IMG/VR virus record: IMGVR_UViG_3300043313_001040
Location: 8,015 to 72,014 of that record
DNA: 64,000 bases
Source: a virus
Direction: 5' to 3' (one strand)
Shown here: positions 1 through 9,210 of the stretch, one piece after another
Layout of the letters: each line of letters starts with the position of its first letter
Position numbering within the stretch: position 1 is the stretch's first letter
Program-made: the position numbers and the translations under genes
Notes under the pieces: model-generated
The model's database searches: none
What the model saw: the letters and a program-made list of their open reading frames with translations, nothing else
Told to the model about the DNA's origin: nothing

Positions 1-26
1 TCTGCAGATGAGCCGGTGGCTTTTTT

Positions 27-491
27 TTAGACTTCTTCATTTTGCCTTTCGTTGTTGTTGTCCCAGCGAGCTACGGCCCTTCGGCCTTCTTCGTTGTCCC
101 ACAGCTTCGCTAGGTCATAGTTGCTGGGACACGTTTCGTTTTTCTCCATCTGGCAGCCATATGCCAGACGACATTGAGTCGGCTTATGGTCGTGAATCTC
201 GCACAGACCATTTTGTAGGAATGTGCATTGACCTTTCGACCATGGTTTCATGGTGAAGATTGCCTCAAATGGCATATCAGGTGCCTCCTGGCCTTCGTAG
301 CCGATTGAGGCTGGCGCTAATGTCCAAATACGATGATCATTGCCAACTTGCTTACATGGCTCCAGCCAGTCTTTCATGAGCCTCGGTGCTAACCCGAGAT
401 CCATGAGATGATTCGCTTCTTGGGGCGTCATCCACCCAGGATTCTGCTTGCACAGCTTTACGCATTTAGCGCACGTGCATGATTCGCTCAT
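27..491 (-). CDS. YkgJ/CxxCxxCC-family cysteine-cluster protein
   Basis: CTCAKCVKLC at N-term, CTFL..GLCEIH..KPTQCR at C-term. Confidence 0.75.
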   Translation of the reverse strand: MSESCTCAKCVKLCKQNPGWMTPQEANHLMDLGLAPRLMKDWLEPCKQVGNDHRIWTLAPASIGYEGQEAPDMPFEAIFTMKPWSKGQCTFLQNGLCEIHDHKPTQCRLAYGCQMEKNETCPSNYDLAKLWDNEEGRRAVARWDNNNERQNEEV

Positions 492-494
492 TTT

Positions 495-665
495 TTACCT
501 TTTGTTGTTGTTGTTTGGCAGACCAAAAGCCCATATCTCAGCAGCAGTGGCGCACACAATATATGTTAGCCAAAAGCTGAATCCTGGATGAGCTTCTACC
601 ATCCATGTTGCTCCCGCAGCGCTCAGAGCGATACGGCATGTCCATCTCATTTTTTCACCTTTCAT
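495..665 (-). CDS. Small membrane protein
   Basis: Two hydrophobic stretches; tight packing; start chosen at MKGEK. Confidence 0.45.
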   Translation of the reverse strand: MKGEKMRWTCRIALSAAGATWMVEAHPGFSFWLTYIVCATAAEIWAFGLPNNNNKR

Positions 666-843
666 AGTTGTGTGGATAGGCCCAGTAGGATAGGGCCACG
701 CATCCAATACCTATTGTTAGTAGTGTTGCTGTTTGTGCTATAAGGCTCCAATCCATGAAGCCCAATTTGCCCATATTCATGCCTATGCTGGCACTGAGGA
801 GAATTTGGATGATTGTTCTCAATAGCTCCTCTCTACGAGCCAA
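655..843 (-). CDS. Small membrane protein
   Basis: Two hydrophobic helices, overlaps neighbours. Confidence 0.55.
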   Translation of the reverse strand: MARREELLRTIIQILLSASIGMNMGKLGFMDWSLIAQTATLLTIGIGCVALSYWAYPHNYER

Positions 844-1010
844 CGCAGGTTATCCACGAGCTTGAGCGCATCCTCCTTGTTTAGGTCAGACCTGATCTGC
901 ACTGCACCCAGGGTGCCAGTGCGTAGCTCGAACTCAAGGTCATCGAGCACGTGCTCGTGCTCAGCCCCCATCTCATAGTCGTTGTTGGCTTGATATGTGT
1001 TGTATTGCAT
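819..1010 (-). CDS. Hypothetical protein
   Basis: (CAA)n leader directly before ATG. Confidence 0.65.
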   Translation of the reverse strand: MQYNTYQANNDYEMGAEHEHVLDDLEFELRTGTLGAVQIRSDLNKEDALKLVDNLRWLVERSY

Positions 1011-1028
1011 ATGTTGTTGTTGTGTGTT

Positions 1029-1301
1029 TTATAATATGGCTACCCAATCCCCCTCTGGCCCAAGGCTCTGAATACCCTCGTTGTCCAGTGGGTATATCGA
1101 ATGGCCTGACTGGTCATCGCCCAGGTATGGGCCACCATCATCAGGCAGTAATGGCACGTCCTCTGAGGATATGCGATACAGCCTGCCGCCTGCTCTCAAC
1201 TGTCGGTAGTGGGCCTTGATCCCTCTACGTCTCAGCTCATTATCGAGATCATCGAACTCAGGTGCATTGCCACCAGGTAGGATGCAGTATTGATATATCA
1301 T
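1029..1301 (-). CDS. Hypothetical protein
   Basis: Start MIYQY after (CAA)n leader. Confidence 0.6.
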   Translation of the reverse strand: MIYQYCILPGGNAPEFDDLDNELRRRGIKAHYRQLRAGGRLYRISSEDVPLLPDDGGPYLGDDQSGHSIYPLDNEGIQSLGPEGDWVAIL

Positions 1302-1320
1302 GTTGTTGTTGTGTGTGTTG

Positions 1321-1806
1321 TTATTTGTGCTTAGGAAGGAATCGGCCATCAGGCCCATGACCTTCACGTGGGCGCTTCTTGTAGCGTTCTGGGTGCTTAG
1401 CGTTATAACGCTGGTTGTATTCACGCCTCTTTTCAGGATGTGCGCGCATGAACGCTTTGTGGCGTTCAGCACGTATGGCTCGTTGTTCAGGGCTCATGTT
1501 GGCATAGATACGCCTTGCACGAACCCTGTTGGCTTCAGCCAGCTTATCCTTATTGGCATAGTAATAATCTAATGCCTTCTTCTTACGCAGGGCATGACGC
1601 TCTGCTATCTTCTCTGGTGTGAGCACTGGCTTTGGCTTGGGTGCTGGTGGTAGCTTGGGTTCAAATGGTTTGAACTCAGGCCATGCACCATCACGCTGAA
1701 TCATCTCCTCGTAGACAGGCCCACGTGCACGCTTACGCATGCTCTTACGCAGCCTGTGGCCTTGCTTGGGTGGCTCATGCCACTCATCCAGTGTGTATTC
1801 TTTCAT
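1321..1806 (-). CDS. Basic helical protein with YYxxN/REYN-type repeats (probable nucleic-acid binding)
   Basis: K/R-rich, YYYANKDK and REYNQRYNAKHPE segments as in HNH-associated N-termini; no nuclease motif. Confidence 0.65.
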   Translation of the reverse strand: MKEYTLDEWHEPPKQGHRLRKSMRKRARGPVYEEMIQRDGAWPEFKPFEPKLPPAPKPKPVLTPEKIAERHALRKKKALDYYYANKDKLAEANRVRARRIYANMSPEQRAIRAERHKAFMRAHPEKRREYNQRYNAKHPERYKKRPREGHGPDGRFLPKHK

Positions 1807-1830
1807 AAGTATAACAACCGCCGCGGTTTA

Positions 1831-1880
1831 CAAGGAATCTATTCCCGGCTCAGACCCCAGCAGGTCGGCCCCCGTGCTTA
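1831..1880. other. Candidate cos/genome-end site
   Basis: Intergenic AAGGAATCT...AGGTCGGCCCCCGT resembling the reverse complement of lambda cosN; composition switch here. Confidence 0.35.
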
Positions 1881-1911
1881 GTGCCGGAGTTTGAAATCCC
1901 AAAAATGGGAC

Positions 1912-2217
1912 TCACGAATTACCATAACGTTCCACGAATACTAGAAGACTGGGCCGTTGGAGCGTTTCCAGCAGCTCCGGCGACCGGAGCGAAACATTGA
2001 GATCGGCCGGAACTTCCCCCAGGTCGCGAAGTGGTTTCACGGTCCCGTGCGGAGCGCCGGTATCCCAATGATCTTCCTCGTCGAGGTAGCGACACCCGAA
2101 TTTATTCCTGACCCCGATGAAGACTCCTCCTCCTCGGTAAACGGCCAGGCTGAAGTTGCGGGCATCGACCACGTAGAGATGGCGCGGTTCGCAATCTGGA
2201 ATTATGATGTGGCTCAT
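1912..2217 (-). CDS. Hypothetical phage protein
   Basis: SD AGGAGGTGA upstream, ATGA overlap. Confidence 0.75.
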   Translation of the reverse strand: MSHIIIPDCEPRHLYVVDARNFSLAVYRGGGVFIGVRNKFGCRYLDEEDHWDTGAPHGTVKPLRDLGEVPADLNVSLRSPELLETLQRPSLLVFVERYGNS

Positions 2218-2402
2218 ATTCCCATCACCTCCTTCAGCAGATTGTCGATCAACGGCGAAGTCCCCGGAACGTAGTGTGCGCTGTCGCAGATGCTGTCGGC
2301 CAGGCCCATCAGCTCGGAGACTGCCCGCTCCCGCGTGATGAACCCCATGGCCAGCATATTTTTGATGACTGCGATGCAGCCAGCGATTTGTTCAGGTGTC
2401 AT
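2214..2402 (-). CDS. Hypothetical protein
   Basis: SD GGAGG, operon packing. Confidence 0.7.
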   Translation of the reverse strand: MTPEQIAGCIAVIKNMLAMGFITRERAVSELMGLADSICDSAHYVPGTSPLIDNLLKEVMGI

Positions 2403-2403
2403 T

Positions 2404-2628
2404 TTAATTTCCTCCTTCCGGCGAATGAACGCCTTTGTTGTCTTTCTCGATCTGGTCGGCCATAGATCGCAGCATTCTGGGTAGATCTTTGACGACCTCG
2501 ATTGGTGCCTGCACTGAGAAGCCGAACCCCTCAGTTCCGCCCCACACCATTACGGCCGCGCCAAACGCTTTCGTCTGTTCGCGGACGTAGGTGCAGAGCC
2601 CGTCGTATTTGCCAGGGCCAGCAGCCAT
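2404..2628 (-). CDS. Hypothetical phage protein
   Basis: GPGKYD..CT.VRE motif typical of small phage proteins; SD. Confidence 0.75.
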   Translation of the reverse strand: MAAGPGKYDGLCTYVREQTKAFGAAVMVWGGTEGFGFSVQAPIEVVKDLPRMLRSMADQIEKDNKGVHSPEGGN

Positions 2629-2807
2629 TACTCGCCCTCCTTTTTTGCAGCGTGCTGCAAACTATCGTCGTTACCGTCGACTATTGTTATGGCCTCCAAA
2701 AGGGCCTTGAATTTTTCCTCCAGCTCATGAACCCGCTTGTTCAGGTCGAACAATGCGATGAGTGCTATGATGACGAAGGCCAGGAGCAAGATGACGAGGG
2801 CGTCCAT
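2628..2807 (-). CDS. Small single-TM coiled-coil protein (59 aa, not in ORF track)
   Basis: MDALVILLLAFVIIALIALFDLNKRV...SLQHAAKKEGE; fills gap exactly; SD GGAGG. Confidence 0.7.
   Translation of the reverse strand: MDALVILLLAFVIIALIALFDLNKRVHELEEKFKALLEAITIVDGNDDSLQHAAKKEGE
2645..2660. repeat. 16-bp palindrome copy 1 TTGCAGCGTGCTGCAA (within CDS)
   Basis: Exact motif. Confidence 0.9.
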
Positions 2808-2808
2808 G

Positions 2809-3078
2809 TTATGGCTTCCTCCCTGTGATCTTGTCGACAGCCTCCTCGGCGGTCATCTTGGCTTCCATCGTCTCGGCGACCACGAGGTCCTCCGGGTTGT
2901 CGGTAAACGGCAGCGCCCGGATTCTACCGAGCGGGTAGCCGAGCATTTCAGAGCAGATCGTTGCGGCGGCCCGCGCCAGTTGCTCCTCAGTGTAAGTGTT
3001 TGGGTCCGGCCGGTCGCCGTTACTCATCCACCCTTTTTCCTGGGTATCCCAGAGACCGTAGGTTATTGGTTTTTCCAC
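2809..3078 (-). CDS. Hypothetical protein
   Basis: Operon packing, SD. Confidence 0.7.
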   Translation of the reverse strand: MEKPITYGLWDTQEKGWMSNGDRPDPNTYTEEQLARAAATICSEMLGYPLGRIRALPFTDNPEDLVVAETMEAKMTAEEAVDKITGRKP

Positions 3079-3707
3079 TCTTCTCCCTCCTCTCCTTTGA
3101 GTTCGTATTCCCGCATCTTGGCTGCGAGCATGAGCCCGACCCGCATGGGCTCGAAGAACTGACCCCCGAAGTCCATAGCTTTTGAGGCTCTCCAGTTGCT
3201 AAGCACCTGCGGCTTGCCTTCTTCCCGCTTGATGTCGGCCAACACCATCACCGAGCCGTCGTCTGGCCCGCCATGCTGGCAGGACATGATCGAGACTTTT
3301 TCGACTCGGTTGGGATCTTGCGATGGCATGACATGAGGCCCGTCCGGGTCGACAGGTTTACTCATCCAGACTGAACTCAACAAGGCAACGGATGTTGCCC
3401 GCGTTACGACGCATAATCTGAAGATGAGATTCGCGATGTGCGGTTTTGTCTCCGGGTTCATGTCGGCGATCCCGATAACCAGGAGCCCTTTTCCTGGGCC
3501 TGTGCCCTTTTTCAAGAGTGGCGCACTGGCACCTGGGATATAATCTGCGATATTGTCGGGGATTGTTCCCTCGACGAACAGGCACGGCATGAGGTCGTCA
3601 TTCCAGGCAATGCTTTTGACGTTATCCTCGGCTCCCTCTTTGATCATCTCCAGGAACGGCGACCACCGGTCCGGCACTTCGAACGCTTCTTCTAATTCAT
3701 TTTTCAT
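3063..3707 (-). CDS. Hypothetical protein
   Basis: 214 aa, (CAA)n leader. Confidence 0.75.
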   Translation of the reverse strand: MKNELEEAFEVPDRWSPFLEMIKEGAEDNVKSIAWNDDLMPCLFVEGTIPDNIADYIPGASAPLLKKGTGPGKGLLVIGIADMNPETKPHIANLIFRLCVVTRATSVALLSSVWMSKPVDPDGPHVMPSQDPNRVEKVSIMSCQHGGPDDGSVMVLADIKREEGKPQVLSNWRASKAMDFGGQFFEPMRVGLMLAAKMREYELKGEEGEEWKNQ

Positions 3708-3855
3708 ACTTCTGCTTTCTAGTTGTTGTTGTTATTTATTGCTTCTACGATCAGGTATAGCAGTTGCCAAAATCCGATCAGTTTTATTGCCCACCAAATA
3801 ATTGTGGTAATGATGAGGGCTTTGGTGATGTCCCAGCACCATTCTTTGACTGCTC

Positions 3856-4194
3856 TCACAGCTCCTCGACTTTCATGTTAGTCGTGAAGACTGGCACTTT
3901 GTCGCCGTCCCAGAGGACGAAGTAGCCGTAGATGGCCACCCGTTCGTCCACAATGAGCGGCTCCAGGTTTGGCTGAGCGATAGAGCCCAGCACCTTGCCT
4001 TCGCGCCCGTTGGGGGTTCGGTCGCCCTCTTCGCTGTTGACCTTCCTGACGCGCCTGCCGGTGATGATGGCACCGCGCTCCTGACGGCCTATGATGGCCT
4101 TGATAAAACGCTCGGCGCTATCGCCAACGTCACCAACGATGCCTCCTCCTGGCGCTGGATCGCCAGGCTCCAGGTCAGTTTTGAACTCTTCCAC
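3856..4194 (-). CDS. Hypothetical protein (SH3-like beta-rich C-term)
   Basis: Operon packing; GRRVRK..EEGD..P.G.EG.V. Confidence 0.65.
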   Translation of the reverse strand: MEEFKTDLEPGDPAPGGGIVGDVGDSAERFIKAIIGRQERGAIITGRRVRKVNSEEGDRTPNGREGKVLGSIAQPNLEPLIVDERVAIYGYFVLWDGDKVPVFTTNMKVEEL

Positions 4195-4726
4195 CTGGCC
4201 CTCCTTCCTTGTCGCGGGCTATTCCTCGGCTGAGCATGATCTTGGCGAGGTCGTCCAAGGTCAGGCCCGTGTATTTCATGACCTCTTCGACATCGGCCCC
4301 GGCAATTCTCAGCTCAATTTTTTGAGCGTCACCAAGCCTTATGCCATCGCTCATGATCGAGTTTGGCAGGCAGACGAAGCAGAGGAATACAACGCTTCCA
4401 CCTTCTTGCTCGGCAGTAGCAGCCGCATCGGCCTTGGTGCCGTAAGACACCCAGACTTTCCTGCTGCATTTATCGCATTCCTCCTGGGTCGACTCGACTT
4501 CCGGATACTCGCCTTCCCTGACGATGTTGCAGACCACAATGCTGTCGATTCCACGGTAACCGCCGTTGTGGCGGCATTCCTCCTCGACCAATTTGGTCGC
4601 TGTCGGATCGCCCATCTCCGACAGGCAATAGACGCACGTGCCACATTCCAGGCACGGGATATGATCTAAGTCCCGTTCCCTGTGGCAGATATTACATGTT
4701 GCCTTCTCCTGTTTCGCTTCTTCCAT
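4175..4726 (-). CDS. Multi-CxxC zinc-binding protein
   Basis: Five CxxC pairs; SD AAGGAGG with CAA leader. Confidence 0.7.
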   Translation of the reverse strand: MEEAKQEKATCNICHRERDLDHIPCLECGTCVYCLSEMGDPTATKLVEEECRHNGGYRGIDSIVVCNIVREGEYPEVESTQEECDKCSRKVWVSYGTKADAAATAEQEGGSVVFLCFVCLPNSIMSDGIRLGDAQKIELRIAGADVEEVMKYTGLTLDDLAKIMLSRGIARDKEGGPGGRVQN

Positions 4727-4753
4727 AACTTCTCCTCCTTGTGTTGTTGTTTA

Positions 4754-5029
4754 TCATCTGATCCGTTCTACCTCGTCGATTTCGTCCGGGGTCCAGTTTG
4801 AGGGAACTGGCATCCGACCGGACCCAATTTCCACCTGAACAATGCGGATCATCCCGACCAGGTTTTGACATTCCTGTTCGTCATCCCAATGAGCCAGGTC
4901 CTTTTGATCCGCTGCGCGGTTCCTGATGATCCGCATGGCCAGCTCCATCCCGAGGATTAACGAGTGCTTGTCCACGTAATCAAAGGGATGATCCGTCTCG
5001 CAGTCCGGGCAGTCGCACAGACCTCTCAT
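4754..5029 (-). CDS. Hypothetical protein (CxCxxC)
   Basis: Start MRGLCDC overlapping upstream stop. Confidence 0.65.
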   Translation of the reverse strand: MRGLCDCPDCETDHPFDYVDKHSLILGMELAMRIIRNRAADQKDLAHWDDEQECQNLVGMIRIVQVEIGSGRMPVPSNWTPDEIDEVERIR

Positions 5030-5517
5030 TCTTCCTCCTTCCTGCTGTTCCTGATGGCCGCTAACTTCAGGTCGTGCAGTGCCGGTAGGAACTGCGCCAT
5101 GACGAGGTGGCAATCGCATCCTTCTGACCCACACGGCACTGGCTGGCTGGCCAGGATTTGCTCCCAGGTAGCTTTGTCGATGTTCTCCGAGAACGTGCCC
5201 ATGAAGGACGCGATCATCGGGATCTTGTGATCTACCGGAATGCTGGGGTTGTTTAGCATTCCAGCCGCGTCACGCGCCACGTCGATCACGTTGACACCCT
5301 CCAGCGTCTTGCCGGTGGCAGTCTTCACGCCTTTGAGGAGCGCCTTAATGATTTCTGGATGCTCGGTCTCGTCGTCATCGGGGTCGTGGATTTGTCCACA
5401 GCCGGGGCAGACCTCTGGTTCACCGTTATTGCCAGGTTCCCCGGCTCGAATACCTCTTATTTCTTTGAGGAACTCGTCGAAGTCGATCCTCTCAGGTTTT
5501 TCTTCAGGCGCTTCCAT
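5026..5517 (-). CDS. Hypothetical zinc-binding protein
   Basis: CPGCGQIH and C..EGCDCH motifs. Confidence 0.7.
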   Translation of the reverse strand: MEAPEEKPERIDFDEFLKEIRGIRAGEPGNNGEPEVCPGCGQIHDPDDDETEHPEIIKALLKGVKTATGKTLEGVNVIDVARDAAGMLNNPSIPVDHKIPMIASFMGTFSENIDKATWEQILASQPVPCGSEGCDCHLVMAQFLPALHDLKLAAIRNSRKEEE

Positions 5518-5858
5518 TATTTGATGCCTCCTTCCTCATCAGAAACGAGCGGCTTGTCGGCCATCTGCCGGGCCCACTCGCGTTTAATGAGGAAAAACCG
5601 CACCGGGCGCGGATCTTCCCCTTCCTGCCAGGACCGGTAGACCCGGCCGTAGTCGAATTCGTTGTCGCAGACGAGTGCGGCCTCGAATCCTCCGTTATCG
5701 ACCACGCTGACGAGCACCAATCCTTCAGGGATTAGCTCAAACATCGGTGGTTCGTGCAGCTCCTCGTCGCAAAGTGCGATCAGGAACGACGATTTTTCGT
5801 TTTCCAACGGTTCGCCGTTGGGCTTCTTCTTCAAGTAGACGCTATCAGACTTCTTCAT
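5517..5858 (-). CDS. Hypothetical protein
   Basis: VVDNGGFEAA...EF motif; operon packing. Confidence 0.7.
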   Translation of the reverse strand: MKKSDSVYLKKKPNGEPLENEKSSFLIALCDEELHEPPMFELIPEGLVLVSVVDNGGFEAALVCDNEFDYGRVYRSWQEGEDPRPVRFFLIKREWARQMADKPLVSDEEGGIK

Positions 5859-6129
5859 TTTGTTTTTCTCCTTCTTTGCTGTCCGTTCGGCCAGCTATTG
5901 CAATGTCGCGCTCGATAAACGCTTTTTGACGAGCTTCCTCGGCGCTTTTCCCCGCCCCGAATCCTGATGGACCAAGGGTTTCTTTTATCAACGAATCGAG
6001 GACGTGGTGAAAAGCGACTGCTACTTCGTTTTCCACTTTATCCTCGGATTTTGGTGACCATTCTACTTCCAATCGGAACTTAGAGTCCTTCTCATCACCA
6101 TTGATGAATCTTATTGTTACGCTTCTCAC
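5845..6129 (-). CDS. Hypothetical protein
   Basis: GTG start overlapping upstream stop. Confidence 0.6.
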   Translation of the reverse strand: MRSVTIRFINGDEKDSKFRLEVEWSPKSEDKVENEVAVAFHHVLDSLIKETLGPSGFGAGKSAEEARQKAFIERDIAIAGRTDSKEGEKQNEEV

Positions 6130-6347
6130 TTCTCCTCCTTTGCTATTGCCACGACAGCGACGGGAGATTCGCATTCGTGACACTCGATATGGAGCGTTCC
6201 GTCCTCATGGTAGAAGGCGTCGACTCCAGCACCAGGATGACATCTCTGGGCCATGGCTAATGGCCCTCCGGAGCACGTGCATCCGGGAGCCTGACATCCC
6301 TGTGTCATCATCTTATCCATATCAGTTCTTGTTAGGACTTTACTCAT
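6126..6347 (-). CDS. Small zinc-ribbon protein
   Basis: CQAPGC, RCHP, CHEC. Confidence 0.7.
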   Translation of the reverse strand: MSKVLTRTDMDKMMTQGCQAPGCTCSGGPLAMAQRCHPGAGVDAFYHEDGTLHIECHECESPVAVVAIAKEEK

Positions 6348-6994
6348 TGGTTTACTTCTCCTGTTGTTGTTGGTTGAAAGCCGCTGCCGGTGTCGACTTC
6401 GATTTTATCTACCGATGCTCCCATGAGAACCAGTTGATACGGCATACCGATTACGGTGTAACCTGCGTCCCGCAGGGCAACTCGGTGATCAAGGGTTCCT
6501 CTTTGACTGCCCTCTAGTTCGCCGCCGTTCTTCCAGTTGCCGAACTTATCGCAAGGGAAGATGTAAGTCTCGACTTCGAACGGATATGAGTGTCGAAACA
6601 GAGCTTCACCTTCTTTATCGCCTTTCTCTTGCATGATTTTAACCATGCGCTGGCGCGATGCTTCCATGAATATCTTAAGGTCCGATGCAGACACCAGGAC
6701 GTAGGACGTGTAATGCGTCCTTTGTCGGTGTCTGTAGATCGGGTCCGGCTTATGGGTAAGCCAGTCGATTCCACTAATCTCGCGCCCGGTCTTGCGGTCA
6801 ACCCGCATTCGGCGTAACCAGGCTCGATTTTTATCTTTTAGCAGCTTCCCGCGCCGGTAGGTTGCGCTTTCAGTCCACTCCATCGGTGGAGAGACTCTGA
6901 ACACGTGTTGAATTACGTGCGGCCTTTCGTTCTCTCTGGGTGGATCATGTTTAATCTCTTTGATCCAGCGAGCTATTTTGTGTTGTTGTGACAT
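6344..6994 (-). CDS. Hypothetical protein
   Basis: 216 aa, SD AAAGGAG. Confidence 0.7.
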   Translation of the reverse strand: MSQQHKIARWIKEIKHDPPRENERPHVIQHVFRVSPPMEWTESATYRRGKLLKDKNRAWLRRMRVDRKTGREISGIDWLTHKPDPIYRHRQRTHYTSYVLVSASDLKIFMEASRQRMVKIMQEKGDKEGEALFRHSYPFEVETYIFPCDKFGNWKNGGELEGSQRGTLDHRVALRDAGYTVIGMPYQLVLMGASVDKIEVDTGSGFQPTTTGEVNQ

Positions 6995-7054
6995 CCGCTC
7001 CTTTCAAAAGGGAAAAGGGCCGCCCAGGTTCGCTACGCCTGGACGGCCACCCTC

Positions 7055-7333
7055 CTATTTTTTCGACTTATCCGATTTCTCGGGTTTTTTTTCCGCTGCT
7101 ACTGTTGCAGTAGCTGGCGCTTGCTCTCCGTGGAATAACGGGAGCCGCACACTGGCTGTAGCTACCCGCACGTCGTCGTAGTTGGCAATCTCGTATGTCG
7201 AGGTTATGCCGAACTCGATTTCTATGCTGGTTGGCTCGCCCACCCTGGCTTTACCGGCAAGCTCTTTATTAGCCGCTGATACGCCATGGAGGACTTCTTC
7301 AACTACGCTGGCTATTACCTGGTGAATGTCCAA
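7055..7333 (-). CDS. Hypothetical protein
   Basis: Operon packing. Confidence 0.65.
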   Translation of the reverse strand: MDIHQVIASVVEEVLHGVSAANKELAGKARVGEPTSIEIEFGITSTYEIANYDDVRVATASVRLPLFHGEQAPATATVAAEKKPEKSDKSKK

Positions 7334-7566
7334 GTTTTATCTCCTTTCACCTTTTCGACGGCCGCCACGAAGGCGTCAGCCATTTGGCTTGGGACCACGA
7401 TAGTATCGCGCTTCCCGCCGCAGGCTTCCGTGATCTTTATAAACGTGCCGTCGCTGTTCTTCTTGAGGTCAATGTAATAGACCTTCCTCTTTCTGCGGTT
7501 GAATAACCGCTCCGACCTGATGGTGAGAGTTCCGTCTCCCCATCGCTCACTTCTTGGCTGTGCCAT
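7315..7566 (-). CDS. PurA/DUF3276-like ssDNA/RNA-binding protein
   Basis: SERL....KVYYIDLKKNSDGTFIKITE..GGKRDTIVVP....AF is the PUR repeat signature. Confidence 0.8.
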   Translation of the reverse strand: MAQPRSERWGDGTLTIRSERLFNRRKRKVYYIDLKKNSDGTFIKITEACGGKRDTIVVPSQMADAFVAAVEKVKGDKTWTFTR

Positions 7567-7573
7567 AGTGGTG

Positions 7574-7861
7574 TTATCCTTTCACGTGCTGCCGCAAATG
7601 GGCAAGTAGCGCCTTTCGCGCAAACCCGCTCGCGGCATTGTCGATGTATCCCGCAATCGGCCCCTCGCCGTTACGGTAATCCATTCTACTAATCTCGAAC
7701 TTTCTCAACCGATAGGTGATCATGCCCGGACTGTAGTTGGTTTCGCTGATAATCGCTTTATTCGAACGACCCAGCATAGCCAGGACCAAACATCGAAAGT
7801 CCTCGCTGTTGTTCACCGGGTCTACAGGACGCGGTGTTCGTTTCTGCTTCTTTTTTGGCAT
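7574..7861 (-). CDS. HTH DNA-binding protein
   Basis: GRSNKAIISETNYSPGMITYRLRK, HTH-like. Confidence 0.6.
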   Translation of the reverse strand: MPKKKQKRTPRPVDPVNNSEDFRCLVLAMLGRSNKAIISETNYSPGMITYRLRKFEISRMDYRNGEGPIAGYIDNAASGFARKALLAHLRQHVKG

Positions 7862-8223
7862 TACATGCCCTTTCTGGCTGCGAAGACCATCGCTACAGTA
7901 ATGGCCTCCAGGTTACACCCGCACCCAGGACAGAAGCGGACTTGAGTATTTGCAGCGTGCTGCAAACTGGTCCGCTTGTTTGACCGCCTTTTCAGGCTGC
8001 CCCACGGTGCGCGTTTCTTCTTCGGCTCAGGAAGCACGTCGTTGGGTGCCGCATGTAGCTTGGCTCTCCTGGCGAGCAGAGACTTTTTCCTAGCCTCCGG
8101 ACTGTTCATCCTTGCGGCCGCTTCTTTTGCCAGCTTCCGGCCACGGGCCGTGTGTTTCCGAAACACGTGGATCTGAAGACCCGCTGGACTTTTCGCTTCG
8201 TAATCGCATTGATTACACCTCAT
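7861..8223 (-). CDS. C2H2 zinc-finger protein with C-terminal CxxC
   Basis: CNQCDYEAKSPAGLQIHVFRKH; FCPGCG. Confidence 0.75.
   Translation of the reverse strand: MRCNQCDYEAKSPAGLQIHVFRKHTARGRKLAKEAAARMNSPEARKKSLLARRAKLHAAPNDVLPEPKKKRAPWGSLKRRSNKRTSLQHAANTQVRFCPGCGCNLEAITVAMVFAARKGM
7950..7965. repeat. 16-bp palindrome copy 2 (within CDS)
   Basis: TTGCAGCGTGCTGCAA. Confidence 0.9.
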
Positions 8224-8273
8224 ACTTATAACCCTTTCTAGTTGGTTGTTACTTCTGCACTTCTGCCTAACGA

Positions 8274-9176
8274 TCAATCCCAGGTCCGGAAACGCCGTGC
8301 TGCTCGCTTGGCGTCTTCCACCTGTCTCTGAGCCGGGCTGATCTGCATTTGAGTTTCCTCGTTATGCTTCACCCGATGCCAGCTCGTCAGGAAGATCGAC
8401 CGGTGATGCCCACTGCGGTTATCGGTGATATAACCGCGAGCATAGATAATGCCCCCTGGCATACTTATGGCCGTCTTAGCGACGTGTGTTGAATCGCCGA
8501 GGCGCATTGCACGAATGCGACTCGACCTTTCGGTCGCGATCTTGTTCAGATTGGCCGCCATCTTCCGGGTTACTGGAAGAAAGAACCATTCACCCTGGCG
8601 AGTGGCTCCCTTGGGCACCTCTCCGCGCAGGAGTTTGTGGGCCTCCTCTACGGACTTTGCCTGTTTCGGCAATGGCGCGATGAAGTGATGCGTCTCGTCC
8701 ATCCCGATCAGGAAATGGTTGGTGCTCTTGTTGGGGACCGTCGCCGTGACGATGCCTTGGCACTTCCATTCGTATCTTGGAGGATCAGTATAGATCAGCT
8801 TATCGCGTTTTATCTCGACATCACGGACCTCCCAGGTGGTTTCCTTTGGCATTGCCATTGGAAAGTTACCTTTCAATCGAGCTTCGATTGTTATCTGGTT
8901 AGGTCGTTTCTCATCGACGGTATTATACCGAACATTTCGAGTGATCGTCCTCGCCTTTTCGTTTACCGTTACGGCTGCCTGCCGCAACTTGCGCGAGCCG
9001 AACACTTCGACTTTCGCCTGGCCGTGGTTGAGGGTCACGACGCCACGATCATGACCGTGTTTCTTTCGGTTCAGGATCGTGATGGCGAACACTTCTTTAC
9101 CGGCCGGTGGCTTCCTGTATTCGGCTGTTCTGATGTCATAGCGACTAAGCGCTTTTGCTAAGTTTTTAACTACCAT
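8274..9176 (-). CDS. Hypothetical protein (RQGEWFF motif)
   Basis: 300 aa; RQGEWFF..THVA..GHHR..WHRV. Confidence 0.75.
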   Translation of the reverse strand: MVVKNLAKALSRYDIRTAEYRKPPAGKEVFAITILNRKKHGHDRGVVTLNHGQAKVEVFGSRKLRQAAVTVNEKARTITRNVRYNTVDEKRPNQITIEARLKGNFPMAMPKETTWEVRDVEIKRDKLIYTDPPRYEWKCQGIVTATVPNKSTNHFLIGMDETHHFIAPLPKQAKSVEEAHKLLRGEVPKGATRQGEWFFLPVTRKMAANLNKIATERSSRIRAMRLGDSTHVAKTAISMPGGIIYARGYITDNRSGHHRSIFLTSWHRVKHNEETQMQISPAQRQVEDAKRAARRFRTWD

Positions 9177-9210
9177 ACTATTACTTCTTCCTTTCGGTTT
9201 GTTGTTGTTA

